From contig NC_068999.1 of the NCBI RefSeq assembly GCF_001194135.2, positions 9,182,469 to 9,240,766 on the forward strand: 58,298 nucleotides of DNA, written 5' to 3'. Below the pieces are notes generated by a model, which searched no databases, was not told the origin of the DNA, and saw nothing but the letters and a program-made list of their open reading frames with translations. Each line of letters opens with the position of its first letter. Position 1 is the stretch's first letter. This document shows positions 25,030-37,489 of the stretch, one piece after another. Source of the DNA: Octopus bimaculoides (lineage: Eukaryota). The position numbers and the translations under genes are program-made.

Positions 25030-25247
25030 ATTTTTAGGGGAGAAGGGGAAGTCCCTAACATCGATATCCGTACTTGCCTGGTTCTTTATTTTATTGACTA
25101 CGAAGGAAAGAAGCGCAAATTTGATTTCGGCAGAATTTGAATTCAGAACAAAAAAAACAAAAAAAAAAAACAAAAAAAAAAAAGCAGTGGTAATGTTTCT
25201 AAGCGTTTTGTCCCACGTGCTAACGATTCCGTGTCTCACCGCCTTAT
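25030..25247 (-). mobile_element. SINE family B, degenerate, with internal A-rich expansion
   Basis: GCAGAATTTGAATTCAGAAC B box and GCTAACGATTCCGTGTCTCACCGCCTT head. Confidence 0.7.
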
Positions 25248-26742
25248 ATTTTATAACAAACACATGCGTTTGCTTAAGATCTTCGGCTTAATTTGGTATC
25301 ACACTGCGGCATAGAAGGGGAAGAAAAAAAGAAATGATGCGTCTAACTTTTGTGTGGTTTGAACTCAGAATGTTGGGAATCAAACGAAGTATTCTAATGA
25401 TACGAACGTTCTACCTCTATTGTCGATAAGCTTTCATTCACAAATTTTATTTCCTTATCTACACAGAATGATTTGAATTCACAGAAGATAAATAGAGGAT
25501 TTTATTAATCCTCAGAATTCTTTACACATTATTTTACCGACCCAGGAAGAATTCAACCTGAAATTAACTTTGACGTAGTTTGAACTCAGAATGTAAATCT
25601 TAAAGCGAAGTAAGAACCTGAATACAACAAGAAATGGGGTCCAACGCTCTAACGATTTTTTCCTCCGTCGGCTTTTACTCGTAATATTAATATTGCTGAT
25701 CTGATAGCTGGTTTTGTAATGTTTTGTTAGTTACCCCAGGAATCCATTGATATTAATGTTCCAGTTAGTTTGGTAGATTGGATCGTTTATTTTTGTATTT
25801 GAACGAGGAATGCAAATAAAGTTTGCGCCGTTTATGTATGGAAGGGAAATCCTTCCTCGTTATGGTTGAGGAGTTTGATTAATTTTCTCATTCCATCTGG
25901 ATCACATTTCAATGCTTAAGATCTTCGGCTTAATTTGATATCACACTGCGTCACAGAAGGGGGAAGAGAGAAGAAGAAGAAGAAGAAGAAGAAGAAGAAG
26001 AAGAAGAAGAAGAAGAAAAAAGAAAGAAAGAAAATAAAGAAAAAGAAGAAAGAAAAGGATCAACAAAACCACCAACAATAACTAACTTTAAATATATTTG
26101 CTAATATACGAATGTGTGTTTGATTTCTGTTTGTGTGTGTGTGTGTTCATGTGCTTGTGTTCATGTGTGTGTGCGTATGTGTNNNNNNNNNNNNNNNNNN
26201 NNNNNNNNNNNNNNNNNNNNNNNNNNNNNNNNNNNNNNNNNNNNNNNNNNNNNNNNNNNNNNNNNNNNNNNNNNNNNNNNNNNNNNNNNNNNNNNNNNNN
26301 NNNNNNNNNNNNNNNNNNNNNNNNNNNNNNNNNNNNNNNNNNNNNNNNNNNNNNNNNNNNNNNNNNNNNNNNNNNNNNNNNNNNNNNNNNNNNNNNNNNN
26401 NNNNNNNNNNNNNNNNNNNNNNNNNNNNNNNNNNNNNNNNNNNNNNNNNNNNNNNNNNNNNNNNNNNNNNNNNNNNNNNNNNNNNNNNNNNNNNNNNNNN
26501 NNNNNNNNNNNNNNNNNNNNNNNNNNNNNNNNNNNNNNNNNNNNNNNNNNNNNNNNNNNNNNNNNNNNNNNNNNNNNNNNNNNNNNNNNNNNNNNNNNNN
26601 NNNNNNNNNNNNNNNNNNNNNNNNNNNNNNNNNNNCTATATGTATATATATATACATGCATATATGTGTGTATATATTTTATTACATATATATATGCGTA
26701 TATAGATATATGTGTATATATATATATGCATATATATATATA

Positions 26743-26778
<36 letters not shown>

Positions 26779-27477
26779 TATATATCTGCTTATTACTCCT
26801 TGAAGTACCTTCCCAATGCCGTCCAACAGGCAAACTTGTTTTTATTTTCAATAAGCGAGTATTTGAGATGTAAAGATGTGTTATTTTCGGATCTTATTCA
26901 TTTGTGATTAAATTAGAATGATGCGTCCCTCCTAGGCATGTAAAACATACATACATACATAAATATGTATGTGTATATATATATATTTCTTCACCACTCT
27001 TTCTCCCTTTCTTTCTTTCTTTCGTTCTATCTTTCTTTTTCTCCCTCTCTCCTTCTTTCAACCAATTTCTATCATTCATCCTTTTAATATCCATCCAATA
27101 GATCCATGGTTTTTATTAGCAAAAGTCTTCCATTCCTCTACCATTTTTTCTCACATTAACGAATGTTGTCTGACTGGCTGTGTAGCGATCCGTGCACGTA
27201 CGAGTGCATGGATGTATGGATGGATGCAATGCAGATATATCTGCTTACGGAGCTAATTGGATGGAATAGAGAGACGGATGGATTAACTGATGGATATATT
27301 GATGGATATTGTGGGACGAATACGTGGAGAGTTGAATGAATTCACAGATGCATAGGTGTATACGTGTAAATTTATATGCATGTATGGAAGTCAGCACGCG
27401 CGTATGTGTGAGTGAGTGTGTGTGCGTGTGTCTACATACATACACACAGAGTCACCCCCTCCCATATATATATGTAT

Positions 27478-27698
27478 ACCAGGGGGTGCTGCAAAGTCCC
27501 TGGCTTTGGGTAAAAGAAAATACAGGAGTATCAATTAATTATGATTTTATTCAACATATTCCCGTCTCAGATTCTCGCGCTTGCAGTGTTCCGTCGGTTT
27601 TTTCTAAGCCCCGTAAAAGTTCTCGGAATGTGGGGCCTCCACACAGGCCTTTCGTGATACCCTCAAAGCCACAAAATTTTCAGCAACCCCACATCGTA
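27478..27698. mobile_element. Tc1/mariner-type MITE
   Basis: TA-flanked imperfect TIRs: TA-CCAGGGGGTGCTGCAAAGTCCCTGGCTTTG at the left, CAAAGCCACAAAATTTTCAGCAACCCCACATCG-TA at the right. Confidence 0.75.
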
Positions 27699-27962
27699 TA
27701 TTTTGAATTACACGTGTAAAGAACATTGGTTGAATAACATGTGTATTTACGCATAAAAGTAGATGTGTCTACAAATGTGTTATCATGCGTATAAGTATTC
27801 GTGCGCATAAGTATTGGGGCAAGTATTTAGGTACTTCTGTCTATATACTCTCATTTCACTTTCCAAATAGAAAACGGCCGTTTTCTCGTTCAGGAAAAAA
27901 GGGATTTTCGATGCAACTTAAATTACATAAAATTAGTACTACACAGAAAGAAACAAGATATA

Positions 27963-28112
27963 TATCTTGTTTCTTTCTGTTTTCCTTTGTGTTGAAGAGC
28001 GTAGGCTAGAAACGTTAAAGAGATTCTCTATTCCCGAGCGTTATACTAATACATCCACTTGTTGTTTACACCACCTGAATTCGTCTGTTGTTTTTTCGTT
28101 AATTCTCCCATA
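27963..28112 (+). mobile_element. Penelope-like terminal repeat fragment with hammerhead-like motif
   Basis: About 150 bp homologous to 39030-39187. Contains TTGAA-GAGC-GTAG-GCTA-GAAAC-GTT-AAAG and is preceded by an inverted duplication of its own first bases. Confidence 0.6.
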
Positions 28113-28164
28113 TATACATACATACATGCATACATACATATATATTTGGGACGAAGCCAGCAAT

Positions 28165-28320
28165 TTCCTGAGAGAGATAAGTCAATCACATGGACCCCAG
28201 TTCTCAACTGGTGTTTATTTTATCGATGCCGAAATGATGAAAGGCAGAGTCGAACTCGGCAGAATTTGAACTCAGAATGTAAAAACAGACGAAATGCGAA
28301 CATATTATCTGAGCATGTTT
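28165..28320 (-). mobile_element. SINE family B, partial
   Basis: GATGAAAGGCAGAGTCGAACTCGGCAGAATTTGAACTCAGAATGT matches the family B core. Confidence 0.8.
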
Positions 28321-28716
28321 TAAAACCTGCCTAGAGTCTCCAAGTAATGGACAAGCTCTGACCACATGGCGTACACAAGTTAAAAACCAGTACAATACAT
28401 GAGAAATCACGAGAAAAGAGCAGATGAAGCTGGATTTAAAAAGTGGGTGGGTCGAAAGAACGGTGTACGACAATTCGCCAAAAGAAACATCAACGTCTTT
28501 GGATTCAGCAGTTGTACCGAAGACTTTAGATACCTTCCAATGATTGTATACAATCTCGACTTTCGAATTTGGTCAGAGCGGGCATAACTCTAATTCTCTT
28601 GTTTTTCCTTTTTGTCTTTTTTTTTTTCACATAACATCTTCAATGTACGAAACCATTATTAGCTCACAACGATATACTGAGTACATTAAGCAATGTATGT
28701 ATATATGTGTATATAA

Positions 28717-28748
<32 letters not shown>

Positions 28749-29103
28749 NNNNNNNNNNNNNNNNNNNNNNNNNNNNNNNNNNNNNNNNNNNNNNNNNNNN
28801 NNNNNNNNNNNNNNNNNNNNNNNNNNNNNNNNNNNNNNNNNNNNNNNNNNNNNNNNNNNNNNNNNNNNNNNNNNNNNNNNNNNNNNNNNNNNNNNNNNNN
28901 NNNNNNNNNNNNNNNNNNNNNNNNNNNNNNNNNNNNNNNNNNNNNNNNNNNNNNNNNNNNNNNNNNNNNNNNNNNNNNNNNNNNNNNNNNNNNNNNNNNN
29001 NNNNNNNNNNNNNNNNNNNNNNNNNNNNNNNNNNNNNNNNNNNNNNNNNNNNNNNNNNNNNNNNNNNNNNNNNNNNNNNNNNNNNNNNNNNNNNNNNNNN
29101 NNN

Positions 29104-29159
<56 letters not shown>

Positions 29160-29458
29160 TATAACTTTAATTGCTCATAAGCACACACATATCTACACAG
29201 ACGTACATAGATATTTTTTCTAAAGAGAACATCTTTCCTTTAGAGACTGCTAAGTAATTGAAAAAGATCAAAGAACTGATATGTGGAAGATTGCTGGATA
29301 TAATCGATTGATGAAATATTGATAGGTTTTCCCTAGTTTCTTCATCACATTTAACCAACCTGATACAATCGTTATATCTTACATGACAGACATTACCAGC
29401 GTTGAGATGTCATATTTCTTCTCTTATTTCCCAATTACTCGCCCCCTCTATTAATACA

Positions 29459-29498
<40 letters not shown>

Positions 29499-30347
29499 AA
29501 TATGTGCGTGCGTGTGTATTTTCAGGAATTTATGTGTGCATGTGCATATACATACACATATACATACACATGCACACAGAGACACACACAGACACACTCA
29601 CACACACACATATATGTATATATATACATGTAAATATACACACACACACACATGTTAATATACATGTATTTGTGTCGATATATATCAATTTATGTATGTA
29701 TATATATATATATATANNNNNNNNNNNNNNNNNNNNNNNNNNNNNNNNNNNNNNNNNNNNNNNNNNNNNNNNNNNNNNNNNNNNNNNNNNNNNNNNNNNN
29801 NNNNNNNNNNNNNNNNNNNNNNNNNNNNNNNNNNNNNNNNNNNNNNNNNNNNNNNNNNNNNNNNNNNNNNNNNNNNNNNNNNNNNNNNNNNNNNNNNNNN
29901 NNNNNNNNNNNNNNNNNNNNNNNNNNNNNNNNNNNNNNNNNNNNNNNNNNNNNNNNNNNNNNNNNNNNNNNNNNNNNNNNNNNNNNNNNNNNNNNNNNNN
30001 NNNNNNNNNNNNNNNNNNNNNNNNNNNNNNNNNNNNNNNNNNNNNNNNNNNNNNNNNNNNNNNNNNNNNNNNNNNNNNNNNNNNNNNNNNNNNNNNNNNN
30101 NNNNNNNNNNNNNNNNNNNNNNNNNNNNNNNNNNNNNNNNNNNNNNNNNNNNNNNNNNNNNNNNNNNNNNNNNNNNNNNNNNNNNNNNNNNNNNNNNNNN
30201 NNNNNNNNNNNNNNNNNNNNNNNNNNNNNNNNNNNNNNNNNNNNNNNNNNNNNNNNNNNNNNNNNNNNNNNNNNNNNNNNNNNNNNNNNNNNNNNNNNNN
30301 NNNNNNNNNNNNNNNNNNNNNNNNNNNNNNNNNNNNNNNNNNNNNNN

Positions 30348-30379
<32 letters not shown>

Positions 30380-30409
30380 TTATACATATGTACATGTGTG
30401 CAGAGTCAA

Positions 30410-30565
30410 ACCTGTGTAGTAGAGTGGTTCACTACCACGTAGTTCAAGGATCGAATCCGTTACTAGGCATTTTGCACCCCCCCACACACACACATGCGTG
30501 GCCTCTTGGTAACAAGCTTGCATGAACGCCACAGAGTTCCGGGTTCAATCCAACTGCGTGGTTAT
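30410..30565 (+). mobile_element. Two decayed family C SINE heads in tandem
   Basis: B-box-like GGATCGAATCC and CCGGGTTCAATCCAACTGCGTGG. Confidence 0.55.
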
Positions 30566-30764
30566 AGACGGAAAGGATTATTTTCTAGGTTTCATCTGCC
30601 AGGTTTTACTTACGTGTATGAAGAACGATAATAGCAACAGATATATGTTTGGCAATGTATCATTTTATGAAGCAATATCTGGAAACATGCAGAAAATAAC
30701 AGCTGGAATCCTTTTGAGTATATGGCTCCTCAAACGAAACTGATCTGGCACTGAACGTTAGTAA

Positions 30765-30909
30765 GGAAACTGTCAATGACCGCTTGTGAAGTGTTGGGGC
30801 GGACAAACATAAAGAATCAGGCGCGGACGTACACACACGGAGACGTGTGTGTGCGTGCGTGTGTGTGTGTGTGTGCATGTGTGTGTGTCCGTGCGTTTGT
30901 GTGCCTGCA

Positions 30910-30940
<31 letters not shown>

Positions 30941-31115
30941 ATATACGAGACGGGTTACCGCTCAGTTTCCGCCAACCAAATTCAATTACAGAGAATTAAT
31001 CGACCTGGGACAATAGCAGAAATATTACCCATGCTGAACGTTCCGCACAGTAGGAACCGAACACAAAACCACAGATTAGCAAAGCGAGCTTCTTAGTCAC
31101 GCAGCCATGCAGGCA
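30765..31115 (-). mobile_element. SINE family C, degenerate
   Basis: GACGGG...TCAGTTTCCG...CACAGTAGGAACCGAAC...GCAAAGCGAGCTTCTTAGTCACGCAGCC aligns to 35080-35234. Confidence 0.65.
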
Positions 31116-31769
31116 GCAATAATATACAAAATTATGCAAGACAAAGAAAAAAATATATATTGCTTAAAACCGTAAATTATTCGATAAATTTTAGCAGAAA
31201 TACCAAGATATACGTAGAAGCTACAAAATTCACGTCAGCAATTTTCAGCTGCAATTTATATACACAACAAAATATTTCTTTCCCTCTTGTAGAAGAGGTT
31301 ATATTTAAGAAGATATTAGATTCGTTGTTGTAATCGCCCTTTTCCTGTATTGAAATTCACATGGCAATTTTAAACATCTCTAAAATGTTAATATGACTTT
31401 TCACTTAAAACTAAAGATAGAGCAATAAGGCCTAATTTAGAAAAAATATACAGACAAAGTGAGTTGAATTATGTAAATTATAGATATTTATATCAAATAT
31501 CATTCGTAATTTTATTCGTTTTAAAATTATTAAAATGTTACGAAATATTTCTTTTAAATAAATCGCCTGTTTTATTTCTGGTGTGTATACGATGTTTGAA
31601 CTGCAGGAAGGTTTATAAACATATGATTTTAGAATTCTGTGGAAATACACTCATAAATGGATACACATGAACACACCACATTTCTTGTTGTTTCCCTAAA
31701 ACGTGCAGATAGAAATATAAATTATTCTCACACACACTTATGCACATACGTGTATATATTTTTGTGTGT

Positions 31770-31779
31770 ATGTGTATGG

Positions 31780-31837
<58 letters not shown>

Positions 31838-32013
31838 GTATATGTATACATACATACATGCATACATATAAGCAAATATTTATGCCTATACATTTATGCA
31901 CATATACATGTATATATGTATGCATATATAAATACATATACATGCATATACACATACACAACCTATATAACCATGCATATATAAATGTACATATAAACAC
32001 ACACACACACACG

Positions 32014-32059
<46 letters not shown>

Positions 32060-32182
32060 AATATGTAAATATATTCATGTATAATTACACACATATATAT
32101 ATTCATCTATATATATACATATATATATATGGATATATGGAGATGTACATATATATATGTATATATATATATATATATATAT
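31770..32182. repeat. (TA)n/(TACA)n microsatellite mosaic running into an assembly gap
   Basis: Direct reading. Confidence 0.95.
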
Positions 32183-32767
32183 NNNNNNNNNNNNNNNNNN
32201 NNNNNNNNNNNNNNNNNNNNNNNNNNNNNNNNNNNNNNNNNNNNNNNNNNNNNNNNNNNNNNNNNNNNNNNNNNNNNNNNNNNNNNNNNNNNNNNNNNNN
32301 NNNNNNNNNNNNNNNNNNNNNNNNNNNNNNNNNNNNNNNNNNNNNNNNNNNNNNNNNNNNNNNNNNNNNNNNNNNNNNNNNNNNNNNNNNNNNNNNNNNN
32401 NNNNNNNNNNNNNNNNNNNNNNNNNNNNNNNNNNNNNNNNNNNNNNNNNNNNNNNNNNNNNNNNNNNNNNNNNNNNNNNNNNNNNNNNNNNNNNNNNNNN
32501 NNNNNNNNNNNNNNNNNNNNNNNNNNNNNNNNNNNNNNNNNNNNNNNNNNNNNNNNNNNNNNNNNNNNNNNNNNNNNNNNNNNNNNNNNNNNNNNNNNNN
32601 NNNNNNNNNNNNNNNNNNNNNNNNNNNTATATATATATATATACGCACATATACATAAATATATATATGTGAGTGTGTGCGCGCGTGTATATAGATAAAT
32701 AAGTAGGTAAATGAAAACGTACGTTTATAAATGTATACGGATATGTCTGATCCTAAAGTTATGCTCG

Positions 32768-32799
<32 letters not shown>

Positions 32800-33119
32800 T
32801 GATGGTGCGTATACACACACAAAAGCACACGTACGTTGGTATATGTAACACACGACCTAAATACAAATCCTGGGAAATTAGGCTTCTCAAAATTAGAAAG
32901 GACAAGGCTAGTTCCCTTGAACTGTACAAATCTGTAAAACGTTTCAGAAGTTTATCATTTAAACCTATATGAGCTTTCTAGATATGCAACTATATACATG
33001 AGAATACATGAATAAAACATTCAAATCTGCACATACATATGTACATACCTTCATACATGCATACATACATACATACGTACAAACATACATACTTTTATCG
33101 ATTTATAATTTCATTCTCT

Positions 33120-33235
33120 TTTCTCTTTCTGTCTTCTTGATGAAGAGATGTTGTCAGAAACGTTAAGGATTTTAAATATTTCTTTCACGAGAAACTAATA
33201 CTTGTGCTGTTTGTATTTTTTTCTTGTACGTGATG
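33120..33235 (+). mobile_element. Penelope-like terminal fragment, diverged, with hammerhead-like motif
   Basis: TCTTC-TTGATGAA-GAGATGTTGTCA-GAAAC-GTT-AAGG. Downstream CACGAG...ACTAATAC resembles 28030-28055. Confidence 0.45.
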
Positions 33236-34856
33236 CTAGATATATTTTCATCAATCTATCTATCTATCTATCTATCTGTATAAATGGATCCTACTCTATA
33301 TGTATGTATGTATATTTACATATATACTACTATATAAACATTCCTATCTAACACATATATGCATGTGTATATAGTTGTGTGTGTTTGTGTCTGTATGTGT
33401 ATGGGTATGTTAGTGTGATTTCTTTATGAGCATATGTGTGTGTAAATCCTGGTATTCTAATTTTGAGAATGTTAATCACTTGAAAAAATGAGGGCATCTC
33501 TTAAAATTACCATTCTACTATTACACAACGCAAAATCGATCGTTATTATCTTTGGAACCAATTAAGGTATTTCTTCAAGAACAACCTATTTTTAAAACTT
33601 CTACTTTAAAAAAAAAAATAATAAACTGCGATAATATTTCTAATATTATATAATCGTAGTCTCCTCTTCTCAATTTCGTATGAAGAATTAAAGATTCCCC
33701 CAAAACGATAATTTGAATTGTAGCTGTATTTCAGCTTCTAGTTATTTCTGAAGATAATGGCTTCTCATGTACGGGCAATGATAGAATTTTGCAGGGTGAA
33801 TGAGCTGGTACTTAATTTTAGTGACATCAGAAAGTGAATCGCGTCTCTTTACAACGTTGGTTTTGGGGTTTTGACTCAGATTGTCAACACTGGGCACAAA
33901 TACAGCAAAGCTCTTACGAGTCTGTCAGATATCCACCCTGTCACTTCTGAAGATGATATAAATTTGAACCTGCTTTACATGTATGCATGCACAAAACTTC
34001 TAATAATATACATACATACATACATACATGAAATTCATACATACATACATACATACATACATACATACATACATAACGAACTGCCTCAACAAAAACCTGG
34101 AAAAATGAGGGTTCTCAAAACCTGAAAGAAAAAGGCTGATTAGAAGACTACAAATTCAAGCCTTCAATGGAACTGTAAAGATATGTAAAACTTTCCAAAA
34201 ATTTAGCACATAAATACATATGCATGCATCTAGACATAAAAACGCATCCATAAAACAAACATACAAATCTGCGCATACGCTAACACCAAATACTGCACAC
34301 ACACACACACATATGCACATATACCTAGATGATGTTGATAAAAGTTCCAATGAAGGAGCCTTGAATCTATGTTAGAGTCCGGCTCTTTCTCTATGGACAA
34401 GAAATACAGAAATGAAACTGATTCATAACATACATACATAATTTGGTAATAAAATGCAGACGGCTGGCTGGCTGGATTCTAGATGAGCGTAACACACGAC
34501 AGGAAATATAGATGAGGACAGCAGCATCAAACTATCTCATTCACCAAATGTCATAAAGTGGTTGTTCCAACTTGTTCCTACTGTGTAGTCGTTCCTTTTG
34601 CCTTCGTTCTTTATCTCCGCAACATATGTTTCTACTTGCCTGCGTGTATATATGCATGTAAATATATAACCATGTTTACTAGCATACACGCACATACACA
34701 TACATGAACTGGTACATCTACACCCTGGTTAAATGATTATGTGAAGGCGTATCCTGCCCGCATTCACGTAATCATTATGTGAAACTACTAACGTTCTCGC
34801 GATCACGGTTTCCAATTTTTGAATAGAAGGCGTGTTATATTATTACTCTTACGCTA

Positions 34857-35234
34857 TACTCTTTTACTTGTTTCAGTCATTTGACTGCGGCTATGCTTTA
34901 GTCGAGCAAATCGACCCCAGGACTTATTCTTTGTAAGCCTTGTTCTTATTCTATCGGTTTCTTTTGACGAACTACTAAGTTACGGTAACGTAAACATACC
35001 AGCATCGGTTGTCAAGCGATGTTGGGGGGACAAACACAGACACACAGACACACACACACACACACACTCATATACGATGGGCTTCTTTCAGTTTCCGTCT
35101 ACCAAATCTACTCACAAGGCTTTGGTCGGCCTGAAGCTGTAGTAGGAGACACTTGCCCAAGTTACCACGCAGTGGGACTGAACTCGGAACCATGTGGTTG
35201 GTAAGCAAGCTACTTACAACACAGCCACTCCTGC
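34857..35234 (-). mobile_element. SINE family C, full length
   Basis: Near-continuous reverse-complement match to 47371-47752. Confidence 0.95.
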
Positions 35235-35819
35235 GCCTATTCTTGAGAAAAAGAAAAACATTCTATTGCACGTAATTCGAATCCTTCCAGAGGAAACTAA
35301 TTAGCAACAATAACAGTTTGGTTGCGTACTTTAAGCGTATCGAATATCAGACGCTTGCTTCTAGAATATAAAACATTACTTTGGAGTTGACTCTGATGAT
35401 TATGGTGATAATGTATAAGACAATGTTCATGATGAACACGATGGAGATCAAGACGATTATCATGATAAAGATGCTTGCGCAAACAGTCATATTACAGACG
35501 AAAAATATTTGTTTGATATCCATCATACATAAATATAAATATGCAGGCATTCCGACTTATAACCATGCATAATTACATATATAACAGCAAAAAAGAAAAA
35601 AACAAATAAAACACGTACTATATCTACGCATATATAAAAAAAAAAAACCATGCACAAATACATAGAAAAATACTCAAAAATATTTCCCATATATACATAC
35701 GTGTATTTATACCTCGGAGTATTTCAAATACTGGTAGCTAGGTGGGCTGAATTTGCTGTCGACGTCTTTGATGAAACATAAATTGTAATGAATAATACAA
35801 TATTTGAACAAACTGGTCA

Positions 35820-36183
35820 ATAAATGGTATGAATGCATATATGTACGCATGTATGTATGTTTGAGTGTACCTATGTGTGTATGTATGTATGCATGTATGT
35901 TATGTATGTTTGTATGTTTGTATCTATGTATGTATGTACGTATGTATGTATGCATCTATCTATCTATCTATCTATCTATTTATGTATCTATGTATCTATC
36001 TATCTCTATCTATATATATATGTATACATATGTATATATATATATATACGTTTACGTACTTACATACTTACATATATAAAAATATATATAAGCGTGTGTG
36101 TATATATATATGTATATATATATGTATATATATATTTCTGCATCATACAGATGTATATAGGAAGTACACAAAAATGTTCATTA

Positions 36184-36241
<58 letters not shown>

Positions 36242-36245
36242 TTAC
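35820..36245. repeat. (TATG)n/(TATC)n/(TA)n mosaic
   Basis: Direct reading. Confidence 0.95.
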
Positions 36246-37107
36246 ACACACATATATTCACATATACACATTCATATTCAGTTTTTGCATACTCATACTC
36301 TACTTTGCAAGTTTACTTGTTTTTTGTCATTTTTGCATTCCCCATTATTATTCAACGTATTCTTCATATTATGTATATTTCTATTATCATTTTTGTAATT
36401 AAGTTTTCGCTTTTTATTTAGTCTTCTCCTAGATAATATATTTATTTTCGTTCCCCTTTCTCACTCCAACAATCATTAATCTTTAAATAAACCACCCACA
36501 TTTATGATATTTGTGTTGAAGCATCTCAATCTAAAGGGAAATAGCTTTATTTGTATTCCAGTTTTTTTTATGTTGCTATTTTTCTTTTTTATTCCTTGTA
36601 CTTTAGAAAGAAAATGGCGGCTTTTCGAATTTGTATTTAGCGTTTACACTTAATTATTACTGCTATATTTCTATTATACATATATGACGATGTTTGAACA
36701 TGTAAGGTTGTTTTGCACGTTGGGAATACAATATACCGGTACAAAAATATAAAAATATATGCAGATAATACTGTAGCACCGTGTCATAAAATTCTTTTCC
36801 CTTATGCATATTACACTACGTGCATAAACACGCACACGTGCTCGCGCACACACACATACACTTACAAACACACACACACACACAAACACAGACACACCAG
36901 CATATATGGAAACTCACATATATATCAATACACCCACATAGGTCCCTCGATTTTCGTCACATTTTCTGACATACACACACACACACACACAATCTCTCTC
37001 TCATTCTCACTCCCTTTAATCTTCATTCCTTACTCCCTCACCTCTCTTTTTCTCTCTGTCTCTCTCTATCTCTCTGTCTCTCTGTGTGCATATATACATA
37101 CTCTTCA

Positions 37108-37311
37108 CTCTTTTACTTGTTTCAGTCATTTGACTGCGGCCATGCTGGAGCACTGCTTTTAATCGAGCAAATCGACCCCCAGGACTTATTCTTTGGATGC
37201 ATAGTACTTATTCTTATTACAGGGACGTAAACACAGCACCATCGGTTGTCAAGCGATGTTGGGGGGACAAACACAGACACAATCATACACACACACACAA
37301 TCGCACACACA

Positions 37312-37363
<52 letters not shown>

Positions 37364-37477
37364 CATATATACGACGGGCTTCTTTCAGTTTGAGTCTACC
37401 AAATCCACTGACAAGGCTTTGGTCGGCCCGAGGCTATAGTAGAAGACACTTGCCCAAGGTGCCACGCAGTGGGAATG
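37108..37477 (-). mobile_element. SINE family C, lacking ~45 nt of head
   Basis: Match to 34857-35234 stops at GCAGTGGGAATGAA. Confidence 0.9.
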
Positions 37478-37489
37478 AATACATATATA

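Noticed and set aside
28204-28587. ORFs of 62-125 codons on both strands
   Set aside because: Partly SINE-derived, with no motif, and within chance expectation.
33915-33943. 29-nt minus micro-exon VTGWISDRL resembling the MFS transporter motif
   Set aside because: Good splice sites, but no other transporter-like exons were found and nine residues cannot support the call.
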